DNA from: an uncultured delta proteobacterium
Lineage (GTDB): Bacteria; Desulfobacterota; Binatia; UBA9968
Assembly (NCBI GenBank): GCA_963745835.1
Contig: CAVUZH010000014.1
Coordinates: 32,001-96,000, forward strand
DNA length: 64,000 nt
Direction of reading: 5' to 3'
A model generated the notes under the pieces. The model was not told the DNA's origin, ran no database searches, and saw only the letters and a list, made by a program, of their open reading frames with translations. The number at the start of each line of letters is the position of its first letter. Position 1 is the first letter of the stretch. Position numbers and translations under genes: made by a program. Below are positions 40,768-51,313 of the stretch, one piece after another.

Positions 40768-41772
40768 TCACGGCCATAGGGACTTGATGAAGCCCGTGCG
40801 CTCCAGCTCTTCCATGTAACTGGAATCGATGAATTCGCTGGCTTTGCGTTCTTTTGCTTTAGGCATCGTCTCAGCGAGTAATTTCAGCGCATTGTCGACG
40901 CTCTGCGTGCTGATCGTCGGGATCTTGCGCACGATTCTCGTGCTGAAAAGATCATAAGTGTAAGCCAGAGTTTCCTCATCGGCGATGCCGCCGTATTGCC
41001 GGAGAGCGCGTATGCTTAAAGCGCGATCGGTGAATAATTTCTTGTGTCCCTCGAGGTAGGCTCGTAAGAATCTCAGGACCGAGTCCCGGTTTTTTCTGCC
41101 ATATTCTCGGCTGATTGCCACAGTAGTCGTCGGTATTTCGCTACCGGATTCAGTAAAGTCGTAGAGCGTCTTGAGACCGGTTCTCTCGGCGTAGTACGAC
41201 GTGGGAAAGGAAAGCACGCCGGCGTCAACTTTCTTGAGCGCTATCGCCGTGGCAATATCGCGCTGGCTGCCGATCTGCAAAAGTGTCACGTCTTTTTTCG
41301 GATCCAATCCCCAGCTCACCAACAGCGGGCGCACGATCAGGTCGGTCAAAGAGCCGAAGCGTGTCACGGCGATAGATTTCCCCTTGAGGTCGGCTGGAGC
41401 GTTGATGCCGGAATGCGTGGTGAGCTTCATTAGATGCATGTCAATAGAATTTGCCAGCAGTATCAGATCCGCTCCGGAAACCGACGACTGCAAGGTAACC
41501 AAGCCGGATGTCGTCGTCACATCCAATTGACCGGCAACATGGACTTGCACCATCTGCACCCCTTGAACGTAAATCATCTCACCGTCTAGCCCATATTTTT
41601 CCAACAGCCTAGCTTCCTTGGTAACATAGATCGGATACATGCTGGCGCTATGCGACGGATAGCCGATCCGGAGCTTCTTAAGCGCGGTATCGGCCGCATC
41701 GAGCCTTGGCATGGCTAGTAGAAAATGACCGGCAGCGATGAATAGCGTCGCAATCATTTTGGGATTCAACAT
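40768..41772 (-). CDS. ABC-type substrate-binding protein, NMT1/SsuA-like
   Basis: Signal peptide, LEKYGLD, DLKGKSIAVTRFGS, FIDSSYMEELERTGFI. Confidence 0.88.
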   Translation of the reverse strand: MLNPKMIATLFIAAGHFLLAMPRLDAADTALKKLRIGYPSHSASMYPIYVTKEARLLEKYGLDGEMIYVQGVQMVQVHVAGQLDVTTTSGLVTLQSSVSGADLILLANSIDMHLMKLTTHSGINAPADLKGKSIAVTRFGSLTDLIVRPLLVSWGLDPKKDVTLLQIGSQRDIATAIALKKVDAGVLSFPTSYYAERTGLKTLYDFTESGSEIPTTTVAISREYGRKNRDSVLRFLRAYLEGHKKLFTDRALSIRALRQYGGIADEETLAYTYDLFSTRIVRKIPTISTQSVDNALKLLAETMPKAKERKASEFIDSSYMEELERTGFIKSLWP

Positions 41773-42319
41773 AATTCCCCTTCGTGAGCTTCACTGCTCG
41801 AATTCATCACAACCGATTGGAAGATTGGGATCAACAAAATCAGGGGCGTATAGAGCCATATGAAACGTTGATCGCGGGCGATGTACATTTGCGCTACTTC
41901 AATCAACGGGACCTGCTTTTGAAAACGTTCCATGCCTGTATTCTTCCAATACTCGACAATCTTCTCAGCCTCGGTCGCTTTGGAAACAATGTAAGGCTGT
42001 GCATGCCGGGTCGAGCGATTTTCGTCCGCTAGCAGTCGTTGTACCCGCTCAGCTGCTTGCGTGCTAGACAAACGAAAATCAAAACTCCGGTAATCGGCGC
42101 CACTAAAACTCCAAGGAAACCCGTGCGCGTCTTGGCTGCGTTTTAAACGCACCCATCGTGCCCGCGCGGGAGATTTAGATTTTTCTCTGATATCGACTTC
42201 ACGGGTGTCAACAGAAATGTAGCAGATCTGCAATTACACCGAATGAAATAGATACGTCAAGCTCCTCTAAAGCGACTCCGCGATACTCGGCTTGCGCAAA
42301 AGTTGGGGCTCTTCCCCCG

Positions 42320-42357
42320 ACAATGGAGCCCACTAGGCCGGGAGTGGGCTCCATTGT
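42320..42357. other. Perfect 15-bp inverted repeat (hairpin; possible terminator)
   Basis: ACAATGGAGCCCACT-aggccggg-AGTGGGCTCCATTGT, followed on + by a pyrimidine-rich run. Confidence 0.65.
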
Positions 42358-42584
42358 TGTTCTCTCCGCATCATCTACGGCCGGGCGTCTCATAAACTAA
42401 AATTGACACGGTATCTGAGGTTCGGATAGTGTCTTCGCTACGAAGTCGGGCCGGCTCTTCTTCAACCTGATGATCCAACAAACGCCGCGTTCAGAGCAGA
42501 TCGGTCCTTGCGTAGCCGCACAAGCTTCGGCTGTTGGACCGTCGAAGCTCAAATAACGGGCTAAGCCGGCGGAGACAGCGAACG

Positions 42585-45500
42585 ATGCAAGTGGTTTCTT
42601 TCTATCGTAGTATACACGCTCGACTCATTCTCCTGGTCTTGGTTGCGACAGTTCCCTTCATAGCGCTCAACTTGCATCTTGCCAAAGAAGAGAGAAGCCA
42701 TTACCGGCGCGCTGCTCTCGATCATTCCCTCGCTTTTGCGCGGCTCGTAAGCTCGCGAGTCGATGATCACCTCAGTAATATGGAGTCTCTCCTTCACGCT
42801 GTCGCAGCGATCGTGTCAAACGATCTCAGCGCGGTCGCCGCCAACGACGCGAAACTCACGCAGATTCAATCCGGGCTGCCAAGTTATTTCCACAGCATCT
42901 CGGTGCTGACGCCCGACGGTCGCATGTTGAATTCGTCGACCGCCTCACCCGAGGAGCGAAAAAACATCAAAGTGACCGATCGCAAATATTTTAAAGAAGC
43001 AGTCGCACTCGGCTTGGCGATCGGTGAACCCGTCGTTTCGCGTACATCGGAGAACTGGGTTCTGATCCTGGCGCGGAGCATTCTCGCTCCGGACGGCTCG
43101 CTCAGGGCCGTCGTCTCGATGTCGACCCGATTGACGAGCTTCCAACAACTGCTGGTACCTGAGCGCTTACCCGCCGGCTCGGTTATGACATTAGTGAACG
43201 AGCAGGGAATTGTTCTGGCTCGCTCCTCAGAGCCGGAAAAATGGGTGGGGCGGGATTTCGGCGCGAGCCCTAATTTTCAACGGGCCATAGTCGAGCGCGA
43301 GTTTAGCGCAGAAACCATCGCGTTCGATGGCATTACCCGCCTCTCTTCGTACACGACCGCGCGGCGGGCGCCGTGGATTATTTACGTCGGCATCCCAACG
43401 GAGACGGCACTGGCAGCGGCGCGCGATGCTACTTGGCGTTTTGTCAGTTTAGCCGCGCTCACTTCCATTTTAGCCTTGGCGCTTGCCTGGTGGCTCTCCA
43501 AAATAACTGCCGATCCGTTACGGCAGTTGAGCCGCGATGTGGCACAGCTCACTCTCGGCAATCTCTCGCATCGATCCAAGGTCAAATCTAGCAGCGAGGT
43601 GGGACTATTGGCGGAGGAGTTTAACCGGATGGCCGGCGAGCTACAAAGCGAACGCACATGCTTACAGAGCAGCGAAGAGAGGCTACGGCTGGCAGTAACC
43701 GGTGCTCGACTCGGCACCTGGCATTGGAATCTCGGTACAGGTGAACTCATCTGGTCAGAGAGATGCCGCGAGATTTTCGGAGTGCCTGACACTACTCCTA
43801 TGACCTACGATCAGTTTCTGACTTTGGTCCACCCCGAAGACCGCGAACGTTTGACCCGGGTAGTCACCGATGCACTCAGGAACAGGATGGATTTCGAATG
43901 TGAGTACCGCATCTGCCTTAGCAATAACACAGTTCGTTGGATCGTCGCTCTCGGACGTGGCGACTATGACGCGGCGCAGAATCCCTATCGTATGGAAGGG
44001 GTGGTTTTAGACATCACGGAGCGAAAAAAGGCCGAGGCGAGTATTCTAAAAGAAAGGGATTTCTCTGACGCTATTCTAGACAGCCTGCCTGGGGTTTTCT
44101 ATTGCTATGACCAAGAGTTCCACTTCCGGCGCTGGAACAAAAACCTCGAGCGGGTGACCGGTTACACGGGCAGCGAGATTGCCCGCATGAGCCCGCTGGA
44201 TTTTTTCGTCGGCCCTGAGCGGGAGTTGATTGAGGAACGGATTGAGGAGGTCTTTGCGACCGGCCGATCGCAGGCCGAAGCGGAATTCATCGCCAAGGAT
44301 GGAACACGCATTCCCTACTACTTTACTGGTTTAACTATCGACATCGACGGCATGCCTCATCTACTCGGAGTGGGAATAGACCTTTCAACGCGTAAGCAGG
44401 CCGAGGCGGAGCGCGATCGCTTGTTCAACCTGTCGCTTGATCCGCTCTGCGTCGCGGGCTTTGACGGCTGCTTCAAACAAGTCAATCCCGCATGGACACG
44501 TACACTGGGCTGGTCGGCAAGCGACTTGTTGAGCAAACCATGGTTGGACTATGTCCATCCCGAAGATCGCGACGCCACAGGACAGGCTGGAGCTTCGCTG
44601 CTGGCTGGGCAGCCGGTTTTAGGTTTTGAAAACCGCTATCGGCATCAAAACGGTTCTTATCGCTGGCTCGCATGGAATTCATTCCCGCTTCCCGAAGTCG
44701 GTTTAATTTTTTCCGTCGTACGCGATATCAGCGAGCGCAAACGCACCGACGAAGAGCTTCGCAAAAGCGAAGCAGAGCTCCGAGCCGCGCAAGAGCGCGC
44801 CAAGCTTGGTAGCTGGGAAGTGGACCTGTCCACGCGAACTGTCTCGTGGTCGGCGGCGATGTTCCGATTGCTCAACTGTGACCCGACGCGCGGAACCCCG
44901 CCGCCTGAGCAATTTCTCGAGATGGTGCATCCCGATGACCGTCATCTCATCGAGGACCAGCTCACGCGAGTTGTGCAAACAGGCGATCAGTTCACTCAAG
45001 AGTTTCGCAGTGATCCGGCGCGGGGCCCGTTGCAGTACTTCAATGCTATCGTCCAAGCAACAAAGAATGCCCAGGGCCGGGTTGTTCATTTAGCTGGGAC
45101 GATCCAAGATATCACTGACCTTGTGAAAGCGAGGCACGCCTTGGACAGCGCCGAACGAGAAGCGACGCTCGGACGAATGGCCGCCTCGATTGCCCATGAA
45201 ATCAACAATCCTCTCTTCGCGATCAAGACACGGTTATACACCTTCAAAAAGACGCTCGCCGACCGACCCGAGACAACTGAAAAGCTGGATCTGGTGATGG
45301 CTCAATTGGATCGGATCGGTCGGGCAACCCGATCGATGCTTGGCTTTTTTAAGCAACGCGCTGCCCATTCGACGTCCGTCTCCTATGCCGACGTCATCCG
45401 CGCCGCTACGGATCTGTTCGAGGCAAGCCTTTCGGCCAAGGGAGTGCGGCTCATCATAAACCTTCCGCATTCTTTACCCGCCGTTTCTGTCAACGTCGAT

Positions 45501-45809
45501 GAATTGCAGGAAGTTCTCATCAACCTGCTCGATAACGAGCGGGATGCGCTCGGTAGCAATAACGACCTGTACATATCGGCGCAAACGCATGGTGATCAGA
45601 TCGTCATCAGCATCGAGGACAACGGACCTGGATTCACCGAGCCGGAGCGGCTGTTCGACGCCTTCTATACAACCAAGACCACCGGTACCGGCTTGGGTCT
45701 TCCCATTGCAAGAAGGATCTGTGAAAGTTACGGCGGAAAGCTGACGGCGGAAAACAGGAAGGACGGAGGAGCGCGCTTCATCATCGTTCTGCCCCTCCAC
45801 CAAGTGTGA
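42585..45809 (+). CDS. Sensor histidine kinase (TM-dCache-TM-HAMP-four PAS-HisKA-HATPase)
   Basis: DRKYFKEA Cache motif, HAMP EVGLLAEEFNRM, repeated VHPEDR PAS/PAC units, IAHEINNPL, EDNGPG, GTGLGL. Confidence 0.93.
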   Translation: MQVVSFYRSIHARLILLVLVATVPFIALNLHLAKEERSHYRRAALDHSLAFARLVSSRVDDHLSNMESLLHAVAAIVSNDLSAVAANDAKLTQIQSGLPSYFHSISVLTPDGRMLNSSTASPEERKNIKVTDRKYFKEAVALGLAIGEPVVSRTSENWVLILARSILAPDGSLRAVVSMSTRLTSFQQLLVPERLPAGSVMTLVNEQGIVLARSSEPEKWVGRDFGASPNFQRAIVEREFSAETIAFDGITRLSSYTTARRAPWIIYVGIPTETALAAARDATWRFVSLAALTSILALALAWWLSKITADPLRQLSRDVAQLTLGNLSHRSKVKSSSEVGLLAEEFNRMAGELQSERTCLQSSEERLRLAVTGARLGTWHWNLGTGELIWSERCREIFGVPDTTPMTYDQFLTLVHPEDRERLTRVVTDALRNRMDFECEYRICLSNNTVRWIVALGRGDYDAAQNPYRMEGVVLDITERKKAEASILKERDFSDAILDSLPGVFYCYDQEFHFRRWNKNLERVTGYTGSEIARMSPLDFFVGPERELIEERIEEVFATGRSQAEAEFIAKDGTRIPYYFTGLTIDIDGMPHLLGVGIDLSTRKQAEAERDRLFNLSLDPLCVAGFDGCFKQVNPAWTRTLGWSASDLLSKPWLDYVHPEDRDATGQAGASLLAGQPVLGFENRYRHQNGSYRWLAWNSFPLPEVGLIFSVVRDISERKRTDEELRKSEAELRAAQERAKLGSWEVDLSTRTVSWSAAMFRLLNCDPTRGTPPPEQFLEMVHPDDRHLIEDQLTRVVQTGDQFTQEFRSDPARGPLQYFNAIVQATKNAQGRVVHLAGTIQDITDLVKARHALDSAEREATLGRMAASIAHEINNPLFAIKTRLYTFKKTLADRPETTEKLDLVMAQLDRIGRATRSMLGFFKQRAAHSTSVSYADVIRAATDLFEASLSAKGVRLIINLPHSLPAVSVNVDELQEVLINLLDNERDALGSNNDLYISAQTHGDQIVISIEDNGPGFTEPERLFDAFYTTKTTGTGLGLPIARRICESYGGKLTAENRKDGGARFIIVLPLHQV

Positions 45810-45815
45810 GGAGAC

Positions 45816-47145
45816 ATGAGAACCTTGGTTGTCGAAGATGACCCGGCGGTAGTCGACGCTCTACGAGATTCCTTTCAAAATTGCTCGCTGAATATTGACT
45901 ATGCGACGGATGGAGAATCTGCTCTAAAAAAAATCCCTGATGTCGACTTGCTGGTGACCGACCTGCGTTTGCCTGGAATGGACGGCACGGAGCTCTTCTA
46001 TGAAGCGCGTCGCCGAAAGCCGGAAATTGAAGTCGTTATTATGACCGCCTATGGCACTATCCCCTCGGCCGTTGAAGCGATGCGGCGGGGAGCCCGGGCT
46101 TATCTGACAAAGCCTTTTGACCCGGAAGAGCTGATTATTCATATCCGCACGATCGAAGAAACGTTGAAGCTCAGGGAAATGGCATTTCGCTTCTCCCGCG
46201 GTGATCTCATCGGCTCCAGCCAGTTGATGCAAAAGGTTTATCAGGAAATTGATTTAGCGGCGAGTTCCGATTCTTCGGTATTGATCACCGGGGAGACCGG
46301 CACTGGAAAGGAGCTCGCCGCGCGCGCGATTCACGATCTGTCCCTACGAAAGAACGGCCCTTTCATCGCTGTCAATATGGGAGCGTTGCCTAAAGACCTT
46401 GTCGAATCCGAACTTTTTGGTCGCGAAAAGGGAGCCTTCACCGGCGCCGATGTCAGGAAACGAGGACGCTTCGCTCTCGCCAACGGAGGAACATTATTCC
46501 TCGACGAGCTCACGTCGCTACCACTCGAGTTGCAGCCCAAGCTCCTGCGCGCCATCGAAACTAAGGAGATCTGGAGCCTTGGCGCCGAAAAGCCGGAGCA
46601 AGTTCAAGTGCGGGTGATAGCTGCCGCCAACGCCGATATCGAAGCGATGGTAAGATCGTCAACGTTTCGTGAAGATCTCTACTATCGGCTCAATATCCAC
46701 CGTATATTCATGCCCGCGTTGAGAGACCATCCAGAGGACATCCCGATCATCGCCCGCACGCTCCTCGAGCGAGCAAAGACCGAGGACAGGACCGGCAGCC
46801 ACAGACCGATTGACATCTCGGGCGAGGCGCTTGCTGGTTTGGTGAGCCGTCCTTGGTCCGGCAACGTGCGGGAACTCGCGAACGTACTGGAAAAAGCGGC
46901 CCTGCGCAGCAAGACCTTGGGTACGTCACGAATTGAGGTCGAGCATCTTGATCCGGAGCCGGGAAGCTTTTCCTTTGCTGTCTTTCAAAGAAGCGAAAGA
47001 TAAAGCCGCCGAGGAATGGTCGAAGCGCGCGATCCGAACCGCTGTCGCTTTGACCGAAGGCAACATCTCCAAGGCAGCGGCTCTGTTGAAGATGAACCAG
47101 AATGCTCTGTTCCGGCTGATCAAGAAGTATGGGCTTAGGTCCTAA
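45816..47145 (+). CDS. Sigma-54-dependent NtrC-family response regulator, frameshift near 46962
   Basis: VEDD, TDLRLP receiver, GETGTGKE, GAFTGA, FLDE, WSGNVRELAN; Fis HTH GNISKAAALL lies in the shifted frame. Confidence 0.92.
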
Positions 47146-47268
47146 GGGTCCGGTATACGCGGCAGCAAAATCTCCTTGGCATTCATTCAGCGCGTCTTCA
47201 TCCGACGTTGATCGAGCATATCCCACGCAAGACCGAACAACGCTAGTTCAAGAAGAATCAAATCACGC

Positions 47269-47292
47269 CTGATGTTTGCAAACTGACATCAG
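47269..47292. promoter_or_regulatory. Candidate upstream activator sequence for a sigma-54 activator
   Basis: Palindrome CTGATGT-N10-ACATCAG (contains TGT-N10-ACA), about 175 bp upstream of a -24/-12 promoter. Confidence 0.55.
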
Positions 47293-47464
47293 AACAGCGC
47301 CAAGCTCGCCTGCAATTTAATCGCGCTGCTATCGCCGCCCGGCGATAGCAAAAACTCTTTTCTCTTTCGTGCGTTAATCACACATCTTTCGACTAGTGTA
47401 GCCGCACGGCGATAGTCGCACTGTGTATTTTCAACTTTGCCCCTGAAAAATCTAGCGAAGAAAA

Positions 47465-47481
47465 CTGGCACCTGTGTTGCT
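47465..47481 (+). promoter_or_regulatory. Sigma-54 (-24/-12) promoter
   Basis: CTGGCACCTGTGTTGCT fits TGGCAC-N5-TTGCW with exact spacing; 26 bp before ATG 47508. Confidence 0.8.
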
Positions 47482-47507
47482 CAACAGAGGTCACGGAAGG
47501 ACAGAAA

Positions 47508-47900
47508 ATGACAGAACCCAAATTGAAAACAATCTTAATTGTCGAAGACGACCACGTGGCACGGCGTGCGGTCCGCAGACTTCTTCGGGTAGAAGGATGG
47601 AAAACTATAGAGGCTGAGAACGGGGTTCAAGGATTGCGGATCTTTCGCAATCAAGCTCCCGAGATCGTTTTAACGGATGTGGTCATGCCCGGCTTCGACG
47701 GTTTTTTCCTGACCGCTGTGATCAAGTCGATCAGTCCCGAATCGCCGGTCATTATTATGACTGGGCTTGGCGATACCGAGTTGGACCGAAAGGCGTATGA
47801 CCTGGGCGTCAGTGCGTTCCTACACAAACCATTCGAGCCGGAAGCACTACTGGTTGCTCTCAGCCGATTGAATGGAAGTTCCAATGGTAAGAAAAAATGA
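47508..47900 (+). CDS. Single-domain response regulator (CheY-like)
   Basis: IVEDD, TDVVMPGFDG, IIMTG, FLHKPF. Confidence 0.92.
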   Translation: MTEPKLKTILIVEDDHVARRAVRRLLRVEGWKTIEAENGVQGLRIFRNQAPEIVLTDVVMPGFDGFFLTAVIKSISPESPVIIMTGLGDTELDRKAYDLGVSAFLHKPFEPEALLVALSRLNGSSNGKKK

Positions 47901-47937
47901 AAAAAGAAATTACTGCACGCATTTGGACGGGCATGGT

Positions 47938-48339
47938 ATGAATCTAGAGATCAAGCTACTTCGTTGGCCGGAGGGCGGGAACTACGTTATAGCGTTCTGC
48001 CGAGGACCGCTACAGTGGGAAGGATTCAGGCGTATATTTCGCAGAGTCGACCGGTTCACTCAGCCACTATCGAACTGTAGGGTTATGATCGACATGCGAG
48101 ATTCGAACTACGTACTGGAGTTTACAGAAATCTCGGTTCTAATCGACCACATCGTCGCAGATGTTTCATCGCGCGATAACCAGTTGGCATTAGTATCCGC
48201 GCCAGGGGCCGAATATTTTCGGGAATTGGTTGTGCTGAGCAATTGTCTTGCGAAATACGACTTTAATATCGCTGTGTTCACCGACATGGATCGGGCCGCA
48301 AGCTGGCTGGCTTCAACGACGCTTGATTTGAGTCACTGA
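47938..48339 (+). CDS. STAS/SpoIIAA-like hypothetical protein
   Basis: VMIDMRD, LALVS and the C-terminal VFTDMDRAASWL pattern typical of SpoIIAA-like proteins; start may be further upstream. Confidence 0.6.
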   Translation: MNLEIKLLRWPEGGNYVIAFCRGPLQWEGFRRIFRRVDRFTQPLSNCRVMIDMRDSNYVLEFTEISVLIDHIVADVSSRDNQLALVSAPGAEYFRELVVLSNCLAKYDFNIAVFTDMDRAASWLASTTLDLSH

Positions 48340-48502
48340 GTCGTGCCCGCACATAGATTCTACGCAGACGCTGCGCTACGACTTCAGCGCTATAACGAGT
48401 CCGAATTCTACTGTTGTCGTAATTAACGCAGTGCCTGCGCGCGCTGAATTCGAGCCATTTAGGCGCAACCCTGACGATTGTCTATTATCCGCTGCGCAGC
48501 GA

Positions 48503-49702
48503 TTATTGAGTGCGACTCTCGCCTAATACGGGTTCTCTTAGCTTCAGAGTCAGCGGTAACGCAATCAAGCACAGCGCAGCCATGACCCAGAATCCTCCGG
48601 CACCAAAGCGTCCGTATAGCGCGCCGGAGACAAGGGTGAGCAACGCGCTGGCTGCTCCAATGCCAACCGTACCATAGATCGCCTGCGCCGTGCCTTCGAG
48701 ACCTTCGGGCACGATGCGGGCGATCAAACGCATGCAGGCGAGATGAAGCAGCGCAAAGGTGATGCCGTGCAGCGGCTGCACCAGCGCCATCGCCATCACA
48801 TCAGTTGTCTGCGCCGCCACCGCCCAACGCAGGATGCCAGCCAGTGCGGCCGTGGCCAGCGCGCCGGCCGGGGTTAACCGACCAACCAGCGCCGGGCCGA
48901 TCACGAAAAACACCAGTACTTCTGCTGCAACCGACTCAGACCAGAGCAGGCTCGCGGTCGCAGGGCTGATCCCCGCGGCACTCCAGCGGATCACGGCAAA
49001 TGCATCGTGCATGGCGTGGCTGCCGAGGATCATCGCTGCCAGGATCACAAGATTCCGAAACTGCGCAATCCGGAGCAGAACACGAATGCCGCCCGCCGGT
49101 GATCGCACGACGTCGGCTGTGCGATGGTGAACCAGCTCCGGCACCAAGATCCCGGCGCAAGCTGCCATGCCGAGCAGCAAAGCCTGCAGCCAGATAATCA
49201 TGTCGAGACCGAATGCGCTCACCGCCTGCCCAGACAGCAAAGTGCCGATGATGAAGGCAGCCGAACCGGTCCCCCGGACCCATCCATATTCGAATCCCCG
49301 GCGCGCACTATGCGCTGGCGGAGTGGCAGATCCTAGGGCCAGTGCGTCCGCCAAGATTGTAATCGGCGCCAGCGATGCGGCATGCAGCAGGCCTACCCCA
49401 AGCAGAATCCATATTTCATGAGCCGCGAGATAGCCCAACGTCGCCGAGGCGGCCAGCGCGGTGCATATGACGAGCACCACGCGGAGAGCCTGTATTAGAT
49501 CGCCGATCCGGCCTGCCAGGGGCGCCGTGAGCAACCGGACGGCGGTGCCGGCGCCGAGCACGAGACCAAGCTGCTCGGGCGGCAAGCCTCGCGCACTCAA
49601 AAAGGAAGGGAGGAATGGAGAAGCGACACCGAATGCCGCATACATCGCGGCATAGAGCAGGATGAATCTTATCAGCGGGTTTGAGCCCCGGGAGTTCCAC
49701 AT
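48503..49702 (-). CDS. MFS transporter (HcaT/YfhS-like)
   Basis: About 12 hydrophobic segments, PFLP, YGWVRGTGS, SVAAEVLVF, QPLHGITFA. Confidence 0.88.
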   Translation of the reverse strand: MWNSRGSNPLIRFILLYAAMYAAFGVASPFLPSFLSARGLPPEQLGLVLGAGTAVRLLTAPLAGRIGDLIQALRVVLVICTALAASATLGYLAAHEIWILLGVGLLHAASLAPITILADALALGSATPPAHSARRGFEYGWVRGTGSAAFIIGTLLSGQAVSAFGLDMIIWLQALLLGMAACAGILVPELVHHRTADVVRSPAGGIRVLLRIAQFRNLVILAAMILGSHAMHDAFAVIRWSAAGISPATASLLWSESVAAEVLVFFVIGPALVGRLTPAGALATAALAGILRWAVAAQTTDVMAMALVQPLHGITFALLHLACMRLIARIVPEGLEGTAQAIYGTVGIGAASALLTLVSGALYGRFGAGGFWVMAALCLIALPLTLKLREPVLGESRTQ

Positions 49703-50381
49703 GGCTTTGACCGAAGCGTAACAGATTTTCTCGTCTAGACACCGATGTACGAATTGCCTATTGACACAACGCTCAGCTGTGGATTATCTTCCGGGCGCGA
49801 ATCGATAAAGAATAAGGAGGGTTTCGGAAGTGCTCATCGCGAACATGTTGCTAGCAGTCGCGCTGAGTTTACTTTTCATCTTGCTTGCGATTTCAGTGAT
49901 AGCCTTACTCGTCGCGTTCGCGCACCACGTCCTATTGTTGTTATTGTCTGGTGCAGCTAGATTAAACACACTTAAACCCAATCCCGCTCTCCGGAAATGG
50001 CTTCTAAGCGATGCCGTGATACTGCAACAACCTAAGCCCTCCGAAAAAGTCGCCCCATGAGGAGTGCCGTCCGGGTCAGGTTTATAGCTGGACGGACGAC
50101 CTGAGCTTCGTCGAGCGCTTACCTCCTCTCATACACCTTAGCGTGATTTAGTGTAGCCGAGACAAGGTGGTTCCATTGATTCGCATGCAGCGTTCCACAA
50201 ACCAATTTATTAACGGGTGGAATACCAGGAAGTCGGCGCAGGTCATGACTTGGCTGACCACCCAGGAACCGCGCTTAGGATTCGGGTTAGAGATACTTCC
50301 AACGGTTGCCGCATCATGGCTTCAACGACGCGGGTGCTCGCCCACCGAACATGGGGCTAATCGGATCGGTTGAGTGAAACG

Positions 50382-51011
50382 CTACCTGCCTCGCCTGTCT
50401 TGTTCGTCTGACCTTTCACCCGGTCTGCTTTGGTCATGTTCTTGATCACGTTCGAACAAATCTTTTTTCGACTGTTCAGTCGACCCGTGTGCTTGCTGAT
50501 CTTCTTTGGCGCGGTGATTATAAAACTGAAAAAGAACCAGAGCTCCCACGGTCACTGCTAGCGCACCGCCGTACTGCAATATTTCCAATGCCTGCTTTCC
50601 GCTAATGAATTCCTCCAGAAATCTCACCGCCAGGATCACGACTACGACGCTAATAACTTTGGTTTCAAGGTCGTTTAGAGTCTCTACGCCTAACGAGGTT
50701 GCAATGTTCAGCGGTGCAATGAACAGGCTGTAAAGTCCGACACCGATTAAATAAAAGAACACCGCCTTGAGCATGACGCTGACGATCTCCAGAAATTCTA
50801 TGGTTAAATCCGTGGCTTCGATCCGGCCGTGAATCAAAGCTGCCCATGCCTCCCAGATGCCCATGATTGCCAAAATCGTTCCCAGTAGAAAAAGTGAGAG
50901 CGCGACCAGGAGGACGGCGATGACCGCCAACAGCACGACATATCGCGTCCGCCCGATGACACGTCCCAATGGTTCCATTCGATCACTGAACTCTTTATCG
51001 GTGCGCGTCAT
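50382..51011 (-). CDS. YqhA/UPF0114-family membrane protein
   Basis: TRYVVLLAV, GLYSLFI, TLNDLETKV; four TM helices. Confidence 0.8.
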   Translation of the reverse strand: MTRTDKEFSDRMEPLGRVIGRTRYVVLLAVIAVLLVALSLFLLGTILAIMGIWEAWAALIHGRIEATDLTIEFLEIVSVMLKAVFFYLIGVGLYSLFIAPLNIATSLGVETLNDLETKVISVVVVILAVRFLEEFISGKQALEILQYGGALAVTVGALVLFQFYNHRAKEDQQAHGSTEQSKKDLFERDQEHDQSRPGERSDEQDRRGR

Positions 51012-51313
51012 TGTTGATCACGTGACACTAGTAGCTGGTACGTTAACATATCGAAAGGGGACAGACTCAGCCTTTGAACCGCCGTCAAGGCTGGGTAATG
51101 TTCGCATTGTCTGATTGCTGTCTCGCTTTTACTACTCAACGATGTGCAAGAAGCTGTGCAAAAGAGGCTGGTAACAGGTCGGGAACTCTCTTCCCGAACC
51201 GGCGCTTCAATTTCATGCAACTTAAGTTCCGGCGGCGATCATAAATTGAGCAGCTTCGCCGGGCCGATCTTGTCCTTTGCCGAATGCCAGGAAAGTGGCT
51301 GAGCCGAAGTGTA

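Noticed and set aside
41766-42393. ORFs 41766-42233 and 42208-42393 as a frameshifted gene
   Set aside because: No recognisable domain, weak starts, and the region contains hairpins and repeat-like sequence typical of an intergenic spacer.
49745-50373. Short ORFs between the MFS and yqhA-like genes
   Set aside because: 49830-50060 is hydrophobic and might be real, but I found no clear SD or family signature.
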